A DNA stretch of 64,000 nt from Burkholderiales bacterium (GTDB taxonomy: Bacteria > Pseudomonadota > Gammaproteobacteria > Burkholderiales > SG8-39): the NCBI GenBank assembly GCA_035550695.1, contig DASZOS010000055.1, positions 483-64,482 on the forward strand. Direction: 5' to 3'. This document shows, one piece after another, positions 1 to 8,626 of this stretch. The notes beneath the pieces were generated by a model, which saw only the letters and a program-made list of their open reading frames with translations, had not been told where the DNA came from and ran no database searches. The position numbers and the translations under genes were made by a program. Every line of letters starts with the position of its first letter. The stretch's first letter is position 1.

Positions 1-658
1 CTCGCCCATGCGCGAGGAGCGGCAAGCCGAATAGAAGCAGCGCGAAAATCCCGAAGAGCACCCACCCGAAGCTGACGCCGTAGGGCGGATGCAGCTCTCG
101 GCCCGCAACCGGCGCGACGTTGCGGCAAGCCCCGAGGCCCGCAACCGCACCGAGCACCACGACGACGATTTGCATCCACGCGTGCCCGAAAGCGAGGATC
201 AGCGCCGCCGAAACGGCTGCAATCGCGGCGCGAGCGGGGTCGGGACAGAGCTGCCGCGCCATGCCGAGCACCCCTTGAGCGACGACGGCGACGGCAACCA
301 GCTTCAGTCCATGAATGGCGGCTTCGCCCGCACCGCCCGAGATGTACGGAAGCAACAGTGCGAATGCGAAGAGGAGCAAAGCCGACGGAAGCGTGAACGC
401 CAGGAAGGCGGCGAACGCGCCGGCCCAGCCGGCGCGCAGCAGTCCGAGGCCGAAGCCGAGCTGGCTGCTCGCCGGTCCCGGAAGAAACTGGCATAGCGCG
501 AGCAGCTGGGCGAAGTCTCCTTCTTCGATCCATTTGCGCCGCTCGACGAACTCGCGCCGGTAGTAGGCAAGGTGAGCGATCGGCCCTCCGAACGAGGTGA
601 GCCCGAGCTTCAAGAAAGCCGCCAATACCTCCCCGACGTCGTTCTTGTGCGTCGTCAT
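1..658 (-). CDS. chrA: Chromate efflux transporter, CHR family (5' part; runs off the window edge)
   Basis: Not in the ORF track. Hand translation from ATG at 658 gives MTTHKNDVGEVLAAFLKLGLTSFGGPIAHLAYYRREFVERRKWI...LCQFLPGPASSQLGF, containing the CHR signatures FGGP and PGP(A)SSQ. Confidence 0.92.
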   Translation of the reverse strand, partial: MTTHKNDVGEVLAAFLKLGLTSFGGPIAHLAYYRREFVERRKWIEEGDFAQLLALCQFLPGPASSQLGFGLGLLRAGWAGAFAAFLAFTLPSALLLFAFALLLPYISGGAGEAAIHGLKLVAVAVVAQGVLGMARQLCPDPARAAIAAVSAALILAFGHAWMQIVVVVLGAVAGLGACRNVAPVAGRELHPPYGVSFGWVLFGIFALLLFGLPLLAHGR

Positions 659-708
659 GCACCCATATATTGACTGAAATCAAGATCTGCGCCGGCCTCA
701 CGGGGAGC

Positions 709-1317
709 ATGAAGGGCATGTGCGCGGCGACGCCGGATTTTCAGGTCATTCACGCGGACTTCCGGCCGCGAGTCCTGCGTTATCTGTCGCGCCTGGCCGG
801 CGAGGCCGAGGCCGAAGACCTCACGCAGTCGGTCATGCTCAAGGTCAGCGAAGGCCTGCGCCAGTTCCGCGGCGATTCCAGCGTTTCGACCTGGATCTAT
901 CGCATCGCCACGAACGCCGCCCTGGACAGATTGCGGCACAAGACCATCCAAGCGACAGACGAGGCGGTATTCGATTCGGACGAGGGCGATGTTCCACCCG
1001 AGGCGCAGATCGAATCGGTCGAAGCGAGCGCGGTCCGCGAGGAGATGAGCTCGTGCATCCGGGAGTTCATCGAGCGGCTCCCGGAAAACTACAAGACGGT
1101 GATGCTGCTAAGCGAGCTCGAAGGATTCAAGAACAGCGAGATCGCCTCCATCCTCGGCATCACCCTGGACGCGGTGAAGATTCGCCTGCACCGCGCCCGC
1201 GAGAAGCTGCGCAAGGATCTGGAAGACGGGTGCAGTTTCTATCGCGACGAGGGCGACGAGCTCGCTTGCGACCGCAAGCCCGCCGCCACTATCACGTTCC
1301 GCCCGCGCGGCGGCTAG
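709..1317 (+). CDS. ECF-type sigma-70 RNA polymerase sigma factor with Cys-bearing C-terminal tail
   Basis: Region 2 (AEDLTQSVMLK...FRGDSSVSTWIYRIATNAALD) and region 4 (LPENYKTVMLL...SEIASILGITLDAVKIRLHRAREKL). Start could be 670, 709 or 718. Confidence 0.9.
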   Translation: MKGMCAATPDFQVIHADFRPRVLRYLSRLAGEAEAEDLTQSVMLKVSEGLRQFRGDSSVSTWIYRIATNAALDRLRHKTIQATDEAVFDSDEGDVPPEAQIESVEASAVREEMSSCIREFIERLPENYKTVMLLSELEGFKNSEIASILGITLDAVKIRLHRAREKLRKDLEDGCSFYRDEGDELACDRKPAATITFRPRGG

Positions 1318-2229
1318 CTATTCTTTCAGCGCTGCGTCCAGGTCCTGCGCCGGCACCCGCACGCTGACGGCGGCGCGTTCCTCCTGCAGGGTCATCGCGA
1401 CGCGGAAGTCGCGCTCGCCCCAGCCGCGGCTCATGGCCTCGGTGAGCTCTTCGAGCGCGATCCTGCCGACCCTGAGCGGCACGGCTTCCTTCTGCGCGAG
1501 CTCGATCGCGAGCGAAGCGTCCTTGTGGGCCAGGCGCAGCGCAAAACCCGGCGGATCGTAGTTGCCGGGGAGAAAGTTCTCCGCAAGACGGTCGAAGGTG
1601 CGCTTGCGCCCGCTCGCGCCCTGGCGAAGCGCGCGGAACAACGCGAGCGGCTCGACGCCGGCCTTCACGCCCAGGGTGAAGACCTCGGCGAGCGCCGCCT
1701 GCACGGCGAAGCTCGCGAGATTGTGCGCGAGCTTCGCCACCGTGCCGGCGCCGATCGGGCCGACGTAATGCGGCCGATCGCCAATACACCTGAGGATCGG
1801 AAGAAAGCCGTCGAACACCTGCTCGTCGCCGCCGACCCAGATCGCGAGCTTGCCGGATTGCGCGCCGCGCGGCCCGCCGCTCACCGGCGCGTCGAGAAAG
1901 TGGATGCCCTGCAGGCCGCGCTCGATTTGCCGCACGACCTCCGGCGAATTGGTGCTGAGGTCGAACCATGCCGCTCCGGAAGGCAGCGCCGATTCGACTT
2001 GCGGCGCGATCTCCGAGACTTCTTTCGGGCCGGGAAGCGACGTAAACAGCACCTCGCAGCCGCGCGCCGCGTCGGCGGCGCTCGCCTTCCAGTTCGGGAA
2101 ACCCTCGACGCGCCGCAGGTCGTGCGCCTGCACCTCGTGCCCCGCGCTCTGCAGATTCGCGGCCATGTGGCGGCCCATGGCGCCAAGGCCGATGAAGCCG
2201 ATCCTGATGGACGGCGATGCCTTGGCCAT
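1318..2229 (-). CDS. NAD(P)-dependent oxidoreductase, 3-hydroxyisobutyrate dehydrogenase family
   Basis: IGFIGLGAMGRHMAANL Rossmann motif, FLDAPVSGG and GAGTVAKLAHN. Confidence 0.9.
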   Translation of the reverse strand: MAKASPSIRIGFIGLGAMGRHMAANLQSAGHEVQAHDLRRVEGFPNWKASAADAARGCEVLFTSLPGPKEVSEIAPQVESALPSGAAWFDLSTNSPEVVRQIERGLQGIHFLDAPVSGGPRGAQSGKLAIWVGGDEQVFDGFLPILRCIGDRPHYVGPIGAGTVAKLAHNLASFAVQAALAEVFTLGVKAGVEPLALFRALRQGASGRKRTFDRLAENFLPGNYDPPGFALRLAHKDASLAIELAQKEAVPLRVGRIALEELTEAMSRGWGERDFRVAMTLQEERAAVSVRVPAQDLDAALKE

Positions 2230-2244
2230 GCTTCCTCCGCAGAC

Positions 2245-2277
2245 AAAAAGGCCTCCATCTTAGCGATGGAGGCCTTT
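2245..2277 (-). terminator. Intrinsic terminator (possibly bidirectional)
   Basis: 13-bp stem AAAGGCCTCCATC/GATGGAGGCCTTT with a 5-nt loop and a T-run on the minus strand, just downstream of the 2293 stop. Confidence 0.75.
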
Positions 2278-2292
2278 CTTCCCGGCTGGATT

Positions 2293-2805
2293 TCAGCAGC
2301 CCTTCTTCGCCCAGCCTTTCGCCCAGCCCTTGCCGGGATGCTTCTTGCGCTTGCCGCCGCAGTCGCCGTCCTCGATGACCAGCGTCTGCGTCTTCACCAC
2401 CGTGGTCTGCGACGATTCCACGGTTTGCTGCTTGCCGCCGCGGCCAACCTCGCGGCCTATCGCACCACCCGCCGCGCCGCCGAGTCCCGCGCCGACGATC
2501 GCGCCGCTCGTGCCGCCGACCTGCTGGCCGACCGCGGCGCCGGCGCCGCCGCCGACTGCGCCGCCGACGATGGCGCCGGTGCGTCCGGGGCCTTTCGTCG
2601 TCGCCGCTGCGCCCACCGCGCCGCCCGCCGCGCCGCCCACGACCGCGCCCGCACTTCCGCCGACGGCATTTCCGAGTACCGCGCCGGCTGCGCCGCCGAG
2701 GCCGCTGCCGATCGCCGTCTTTTCGGCGCTGTCGCCTGCCCAAGCCGCCGATACCGCAAACGCGAGACCCACGGCAACTATCGACTTTCTTGTTACGCTG
2801 TACAT
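2293..2805 (-). CDS. Secreted glycine-zipper protein
   Basis: Signal-peptide-like N-terminus (…AVSAAWA), repeated GGAAGA/GAIVG glycine-zipper units, and a basic tail HPGKGWAKGWAKKGC. Confidence 0.8.
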   Translation of the reverse strand: MYSVTRKSIVAVGLAFAVSAAWAGDSAEKTAIGSGLGGAAGAVLGNAVGGSAGAVVGGAAGGAVGAAATTKGPGRTGAIVGGAVGGGAGAAVGQQVGGTSGAIVGAGLGGAAGGAIGREVGRGGKQQTVESSQTTVVKTQTLVIEDGDCGGKRKKHPGKGWAKGWAKKGC

Positions 2806-2854
2806 GGCTAGGCTCCCTGTCCGACAGGGTAATCTCTAATTCTTTCAAGGCGCT

Positions 2855-4117
2855 GTGAACTCGATCACAGAATCGACTAGAGGTTTGCAGGACTCGCCCT
2901 ACGCCTGCGTCCGGCTGGGCGCAGCGCTGCTCGTGATGACGATCGGCGGCGTGGGGATGTACGGCATGGTGGTGGCCCTGCCGCCGGTGCAGGCCGAGTT
3001 CGGCGCAGACCGCGCGGACGCCTCGCTGCCGTACACGCTCGCGATGGTCGGCTTCGGCCTCGGCGGCATCCTGATGGGCAAGCTCTCGGATCGCTTCGGC
3101 GTCGTCGTGCCGGTCCTGATCGCCGCGGTCTGCCTCGGGCTGGGGTTCATCGTCGCCGGTCTCGCCCCGAGCCTGCTCGTCTTCTCGCTTGCCCATGGCC
3201 TGCTCATCGGCCTGCTCGGCAGCGCGGGGACCTTCGCCCCGCTGGTCGCGGACACCTCGCTGTGGTTCAACCGCCGGCGGGGCATCGCCGTGGCGATCTG
3301 CATCAGCGGCAACTACCTCGCGGGCGCGGCGTGGCCGCCCGTGCTTCAGTACTTCTTCGACACCGTGGGCTGGCGGGCCACCTATGTCGGGGTAGGCGTT
3401 TTCAGCTTCGCGGCCATCCTGCCGCTTGCGCTCCTGCTGCGCAGAAGGCCGCCCATCCCCTCTGGCACTGCTGCGTCCGCGCACGAGCGCATGGCGGCGA
3501 AGCGGCCGCTCGGGCTCGCGCCCAATACGCTCATGGTGCTCCTCGCTGGCGCGGGAGTCGGCTGCTGCGTCGCCATGGCGATGCCGCAGGTGCACATCGT
3601 GGCCTACTGCAGCGACCTCGGCTACGGCGCCGCGCGCGGCGCCGAGATGCTGTCGCTCATGCTCGGCTTCGGCATCGTGAGCCGGCTCGCCTCGGGATGG
3701 ATTGCGGACCGCATCGGCGGCTTGCGCACCCTGCTCCTCGGCTCGGCGCTTCAGGCGATCGCGCTCGCGCTGTTCCTTCCCTTCGACAGCCTGGCATCGC
3801 TCTACATCGTCTCGGCGCTTTTCGGCCTCTTCCAGGGCGGCCTGATACCCGCCTACCCGATCATCGTGCGCGAGTACTTTCCGCCCGGCGAAGCCGGATC
3901 GCGCCTGGGGGTGGTGCTCATGGCGACGCTCTTCGGCATGGCCCTCGGCGGCTGGATGTCCGGCGCCATCTTCGACCTGACGGGCTCCTACCGCGCCGCG
4001 TTCATCAACGGCATCGGCTTCAACCTGCTGAACCTGGCGATCGTTTTATGGCTGCTGCGGCGAGCGCGTTCGACACGCTTTCCGGCAGCACCGGATCCGG
4101 CCGGTTCCACTCCATGA
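2855..4117 (+). CDS. MFS transporter
   Basis: About 12 hydrophobic segments and MFS motif A variants GKLSDRFG and GWIADRIGG. Confidence 0.9.
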   Translation: MNSITESTRGLQDSPYACVRLGAALLVMTIGGVGMYGMVVALPPVQAEFGADRADASLPYTLAMVGFGLGGILMGKLSDRFGVVVPVLIAAVCLGLGFIVAGLAPSLLVFSLAHGLLIGLLGSAGTFAPLVADTSLWFNRRRGIAVAICISGNYLAGAAWPPVLQYFFDTVGWRATYVGVGVFSFAAILPLALLLRRRPPIPSGTAASAHERMAAKRPLGLAPNTLMVLLAGAGVGCCVAMAMPQVHIVAYCSDLGYGAARGAEMLSLMLGFGIVSRLASGWIADRIGGLRTLLLGSALQAIALALFLPFDSLASLYIVSALFGLFQGGLIPAYPIIVREYFPPGEAGSRLGVVLMATLFGMALGGWMSGAIFDLTGSYRAAFINGIGFNLLNLAIVLWLLRRARSTRFPAAPDPAGSTP

Positions 4118-5402
4118 TCTGGTTGAACATCTCGGCCTGGCTCTTGAAGCGCCGGACGTCATAGCACCCCAGGGGGCTCGTTCCCGTGCGGCCGACGCAC
4201 TTGTTGCAGTAGCTGCAGGGATTCGCCGGGAAATCGGCTCCTCCCTTGAATTGCCCAAGCAGGTCGGGGTTCGCGATCAGCGAGCGCGCCGCGGAGATCA
4301 TGTCGCAGTCGCCCGAAGTCAGGGCGCTCTCCATGGAGCTCCTTCGCTGGAAGCCGCCGTTGGCGATCACCGGGAGCCGCACATGGTTCTTGAACTCGCG
4401 GGCGAGCCCAAGATTGATGCCTTCTTCGTAGTTCCATCCGAGGCCGAGGAGCGGTCGAAGCAGCGGCGAGAGCAGGTTCACGAGGCCGGCGCGCACCGCG
4501 GCCTTCGCGCTGAGATGGCGCACCGAGTTGAAGAACAGCTTCACCTCGTCGAACGGGAAATCTCCCGGAACGTCGCGCGGATTGGGAAAGCCGTAGCCCG
4601 CGACGACGTGCAGGTAGTCGACCGCGCCTTCGAGGCGCTGCGCGTAGTCGAGCATCTGCGCGAGGCTGTTGCCGCTTCCCCAGGGGAGGCGCAGCAGCGC
4701 GAGCGCCAGCGGCTTCGCCATCAGATCCTCCCCCGAGAGACGGATGCCGAGCAGGAAGCCGGGGCCGATGCGCCCGCGCACCGCGGCGATGATCTGGCGC
4801 AGCAGCTCGAAGCGGCGGTCGGCGTCGCCGCCCCAGCGGTCGTTCCTGCGGTTGATCGCCGGGTTGAGGAACTGGTGGATGAGATAGCCCTTGGTGATGG
4901 TGATTTCCACGCCGTCGGCGCCTACGTCCTGCACGCGCGCCGCGGCGTCCGCGAAGTCGCGGATCGCCTTTTCGATCTCGGGCAGCGACATCTTGCCGCG
5001 AAGATTGTTGTAGCCGAACGCGGCATCGAAGCCGCGCGACGATGACTTGGCGTCCGCCTTCTCCGCGAACAGGCTGCTGTAGGTGCTGTAGCCCGGATCG
5101 CCGATCTGCACGATGTACTTGCAGTCGTTGCCCGCCTTGATCGCGGCGATGTACTTCCTGAGGTAGGGAACGAACTTCGGTCCGGCGATCGACGGGTACT
5201 GCGGCGGTGAGAGCCGCTGCTGGTTGACGTGGAAAGTCGTCGAGATGATGCCGCCGACGCCTCCCTCCGCGAACCTGCGCTCGAAGTTCTTCCAGACGTC
5301 GGTGACGGTGCCGTCGTAGTTGCCGGTGCGGCCGCCGACCGAGGAGCGCAGGATGCGGTTCCGGAAGCGCACGCCGTTGATCGTGATCGGCTCGAAAATC
5401 AT
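4020..5402 (-). CDS. NADH:flavin oxidoreductase, Old Yellow Enzyme family (divergent)
   Basis: Real start is MIFEPITINGVRFRNRILRS (ATG 5402, ATGA overlap with the upstream stop). Motifs GADGVEI, GYLIHQFLNPAINRRNDRWGG, PVIANGG and ARSLIANPDL, plus C-terminal CSYCNKC...C. Confidence 0.88.
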   Translation of the reverse strand: MIFEPITINGVRFRNRILRSSVGGRTGNYDGTVTDVWKNFERRFAEGGVGGIISTTFHVNQQRLSPPQYPSIAGPKFVPYLRKYIAAIKAGNDCKYIVQIGDPGYSTYSSLFAEKADAKSSSRGFDAAFGYNNLRGKMSLPEIEKAIRDFADAAARVQDVGADGVEITITKGYLIHQFLNPAINRRNDRWGGDADRRFELLRQIIAAVRGRIGPGFLLGIRLSGEDLMAKPLALALLRLPWGSGNSLAQMLDYAQRLEGAVDYLHVVAGYGFPNPRDVPGDFPFDEVKLFFNSVRHLSAKAAVRAGLVNLLSPLLRPLLGLGWNYEEGINLGLAREFKNHVRLPVIANGGFQRRSSMESALTSGDCDMISAARSLIANPDLLGQFKGGADFPANPCSYCNKCVGRTGTSPLGCYDVRRFKSQAEMFNQIMEWNRPDPVLPESVSNALAAAAIKRSPGSAG

Positions 5403-8400
5403 TGCTGTTGCTCCCGGATCGTTGCGAGATCCTCCAGTGCGGCGGCGGCGCTGCGCAGATCGATGGTGTCGAAGCCCTCCGTGAAGCCGCGGTACGCCTC
5501 CGCCAGCGCCCGCCGTGCGGATTCGGGCTCGCCCTGCCGCGCGAGCAGACGCGCGAGGCTCATCGCCCCGCGCAGCTCGAGCGAGCGCGCGCCCTGGCGC
5601 CGCGCCACATCGATGCATTCGCGGAAGCAGGCCTGCGCTTCGCCCGCGTGCTTCGGCTCGAGCAGCAGGAGCTCGCCCTTGAGGCGCGAGAGCTCGGCCT
5701 GCCAGTGGCGCTCGCCGTTCTTGCTTGCCGCGGCCTGCGCCTTGGCGAGAACGCCCAGGCCTTCCTGCGCACGGCCCAGGCCCGCGTAGCCGAGCGCCGA
5801 GATCGACATCGCCCATGGGAGCCCGACCCCGGCTTCCTGCGCCTGGAACTCGGCGAAGGCGCGCCCGATGTGCTCGAGGCCGGAGCCGCACTCGCCGCGG
5901 GCGATCAGCTCCTGCCCCTCGAGCACCAGCGCGCAGCTTCGCAGGTACCCCAGCCCCTGCTGCGTCGTGAGCACCATGAGCTCGTCGAGCATCTGCCGGA
6001 CCGCCGCCGAGTGCCCGCAGCAGGCGCGCGTCGCGCAGGCGAAGAAAAGCGCCATCGCGAGCGCGAAGGGCTGGGCGAGGCCACGCGCGGCCTGGATCGC
6101 CTTGGTGCTCGCCGCGACCGCCTGGTCCGGATACCCCGTGATCCACAGCGTCCAGCTCAGATGAAACAGCGCGTTCACCCCGGGATCGATCTGCGACGCG
6201 AGCGGGTTCGCACGCTGCGCGTCCAGGTCGTAGAGCGAGAAGGCCTCCTCGAGCTCGCGGCGCGCCGCGTCGAATTCGCCCTGCCAGAAAGCGACGCAGC
6301 CCGACATCCAGTGCCCCAGCATGCGCGAGCCGCGGTCGCCGCTGCGGCTGCCGAGTTGCGCCACCGCGAGGCCTTCCTCACGCGCGGCGGCGAGCGCCCC
6401 GCGCGCGTAGTAGCAGGAGAAGAGCCCTCGGCGGGCTTCGATCAGGCGCGGGCCATCTTCCAGAGCCTCGCACAGCTCGCGCGCGCGCGCAAAGCTGCGC
6501 TCGGTATCCGAGGAGGCGAAGCCCCTGAGCGCGCGATAGGCTGCGCCGCGCAGGATTTGCAGCTCGAGCTCGAGCCGGCTCGCCTGCGCGCCGGGCGGGA
6601 CCGGGGCGAGGACCTCCAGGCCCTTGTTCGCATGACCGAGCGTTTCCAGGTTCGCCGAACGGTCGAGCGCGCGCTGCGCCGCCGCGATCCAGTACGCCGC
6701 CGCCTGCAGCGCCTTGCCGGCCTCGGTGTAGTGGCGGGCGAGCACCTCGGGCTCGATGCGCACGCGCTCGGGATAAAGCCGCTCGAGAGCCCCGGCGAGG
6801 CGCGCGTGCAGCTCCTGCCGGCGGCTGCGCAGCAGGCTCGCGTACGCCGCGTCCTCCATGAGCGCGTGCTTGAACGTGAACGACCTCCACGGCGGCCGGC
6901 CGCGGCCGAAGAGCACTGCCGACGAAGTCAGCCTGTCGAGCGCCTCGGAGAGCTCGCGCTCGTCGAGCTGCGAGATCACCGCGAGGAGCTCGCGCGAGAA
7001 TTCGCGGCCGATCACCGCCGCGACCTGCGCCACCTCCTTCGCCGAGCCGAGCTGGTCGAGACGCGCCATCAGGGAGTCCTGCAGCGTCGCCGGCACTTCC
7101 GCGACCGAGGCGGCGAGCGTCTTCGCGACCTCCTCGATGAAAAGCGGCACGCCGTCGGTGCGATCGATGATCTGGGCGAGGAGCCCGGCCGGGAGGGTCC
7201 TGCCTTCGAGCACCCTGCCCACCATCGCCGTGGCCTGACGCCGGTTCAGCCGCTCGAGCTGGATCCGGCTCACGTGCTCGAGGCCGAGCCACGGGTAATC
7301 CGGCGCGGTCCTCGAGGTCAGGATGGCGAGTGCGCGGATGTTGCGGATGCGCCGTGCGCCGAGGTTGAGCAGCTCGATCGAGGTGGGGTCGATCCAATGG
7401 ACGTCCTCGAACAGGAACAGCACCGGGGCGCGCGCCGCGAGGCCGCCCAGGCGATCGAGCAGCGCGTCGATGGTTCTTGCCTTCTGCTCTTGGGGCGTCA
7501 TCTGCAGTGGTGGATAGCGGCCCCCCGTGGGCACGGACAGCAACGCCGCGTACAGCGGCGCGATCTCCGCGACGTGCTCGGTGGACTTGCGAAGCAGCGC
7601 TTCGAGCTTGTCGAGCCTGTCGGCCGCGGCTTCGTTGCGCCGGAAATCTGCGTCTCTTTCCAGCTGGTGGATGAAGGGATAGAGCGCGCTGTTGGTATGG
7701 TACGGAGAGCACTGGTAGTGCAGGTCGATATGCGGCTCGCCGGCGATGCGCTGGTACAGCGCTTCGGCGAGGCGCGATTTGCCGATGCCGGCTTCGCCCA
7801 CCACCAGCGCGACGCGGCCCTGCCCCTCGGTCCCCGAGCGCCACAGCGCCATCAGCTCTTCGATTTCGCGCTGGCGTCCGACGAGCGGCGTGAGGCTGCG
7901 GCTGTGCGCCGCATGGAACCGGCTCTCCACGCCGCTCTTGCGAAGCACGCGCCAGCAGCGCACCGGCTGGCGGAAGCCTTTCAGCTCGCGTGTGCCTTCG
8001 TCGGCGTATTCGAACATGCCGCCCGCAAGCGCGCGCGTGGCTTCCGAGACGAGGACGCTGCCCGGCCCCGCAATCGACTGCAGGCGCGCGGCAAGATTGG
8101 GCGTCTCGCCGACCACCGCGGCCTCCTCGGAAGCGCCTTCGCCGATCGTGTCCCCCACGACGACCAGGCCGGTGGCGATGCCGACGCGCACGGGCCTTTG
8201 CCGTTGCTCGAGCGCCTCGACGATCTCGAGCGCGCTGTGAATGGCGCGGGCCGGGTCGTCCTCGTGCGCAAGCGGATAGCCGAAATAGACGAGCATGCCG
8301 TCGCCCATGTAGCGCGCGATGAAGCCCTCGTAGCGGGCGATGACCTCGGCCACGCGTTTCTGGTAGGCACGGATGACTTCGCGCAGGTCCTCGGGGTCGA

Positions 8401-8623
8401 GCTGGTGCGCGAGCCCGGTCGAATCCACGAGATCACAGAACATCACCGTCAGCTGGCGGCGCTCCGGCTCGGCCCCGAGGCGCCGGCCGCAGCCGCCGCA
8501 GAACTCCTCGCCCGGCTGGTTCAGGAAAGCGCAGGCGGTGCAAGCGATCGGCAGCGCGCAGCCGCAGCGGGCGCAGAAGCGCCGCGCGTCGCGGTTAACG
8601 GTCCGGCAGCGCGGGCACTCCAC
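5399..8623 (-). CDS. Double zinc ribbon + class III adenylate/guanylate cyclase + AAA/STAND NTPase + TPR-like repeats
   Basis: Four N-terminal CxxC pairs. Cyclase motifs ERRQLTVMFCDLVDST, YMGDG and GETPNLAARLQ. Walker A GEAGIGKS, Walker B-like FLFEDVHW, RTDGVPLF, FTFKHAL, and a C-terminal ARRQGARSLELR helical repeat region. Confidence 0.92.
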   Translation of the reverse strand: MECPRCRTVNRDARRFCARCGCALPIACTACAFLNQPGEEFCGGCGRRLGAEPERRQLTVMFCDLVDSTGLAHQLDPEDLREVIRAYQKRVAEVIARYEGFIARYMGDGMLVYFGYPLAHEDDPARAIHSALEIVEALEQRQRPVRVGIATGLVVVGDTIGEGASEEAAVVGETPNLAARLQSIAGPGSVLVSEATRALAGGMFEYADEGTRELKGFRQPVRCWRVLRKSGVESRFHAAHSRSLTPLVGRQREIEELMALWRSGTEGQGRVALVVGEAGIGKSRLAEALYQRIAGEPHIDLHYQCSPYHTNSALYPFIHQLERDADFRRNEAAADRLDKLEALLRKSTEHVAEIAPLYAALLSVPTGGRYPPLQMTPQEQKARTIDALLDRLGGLAARAPVLFLFEDVHWIDPTSIELLNLGARRIRNIRALAILTSRTAPDYPWLGLEHVSRIQLERLNRRQATAMVGRVLEGRTLPAGLLAQIIDRTDGVPLFIEEVAKTLAASVAEVPATLQDSLMARLDQLGSAKEVAQVAAVIGREFSRELLAVISQLDERELSEALDRLTSSAVLFGRGRPPWRSFTFKHALMEDAAYASLLRSRRQELHARLAGALERLYPERVRIEPEVLARHYTEAGKALQAAAYWIAAAQRALDRSANLETLGHANKGLEVLAPVPPGAQASRLELELQILRGAAYRALRGFASSDTERSFARARELCEALEDGPRLIEARRGLFSCYYARGALAAAREEGLAVAQLGSRSGDRGSRMLGHWMSGCVAFWQGEFDAARRELEEAFSLYDLDAQRANPLASQIDPGVNALFHLSWTLWITGYPDQAVAASTKAIQAARGLAQPFALAMALFFACATRACCGHSAAVRQMLDELMVLTTQQGLGYLRSCALVLEGQELIARGECGSGLEHIGRAFAEFQAQEAGVGLPWAMSISALGYAGLGRAQEGLGVLAKAQAAASKNGERHWQAELSRLKGELLLLEPKHAGEAQACFRECIDVARRQGARSLELRGAMSLARLLARQGEPESARRALAEAYRGFTEGFDTIDLRSAAAALEDLATIREQQQ

Positions 8624-8626
8624 GCG

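Noticed and set aside
2440..2710. GCC/GGC-rich quasi-repeats that might suggest a repeat array
   Set aside because: They are codons of the glycine-zipper protein. There are no constant repeats with unique spacers, so this is not CRISPR.
5403..6146. Apparent 248-aa N-terminal extension on the OYE (ORF 4020-6146)
   Set aside because: It overlaps the cyclase gene in another frame. The real start is the ATGA-coupled ATG at 5402.
5399..8623. Calling the STAND cyclase a known anti-phage system (Pycsar or Avs)
   Set aside because: There is no adjacent cNMP-binding effector or nuclease, and this architecture is widespread in signalling. A defence role remains only a hypothesis.
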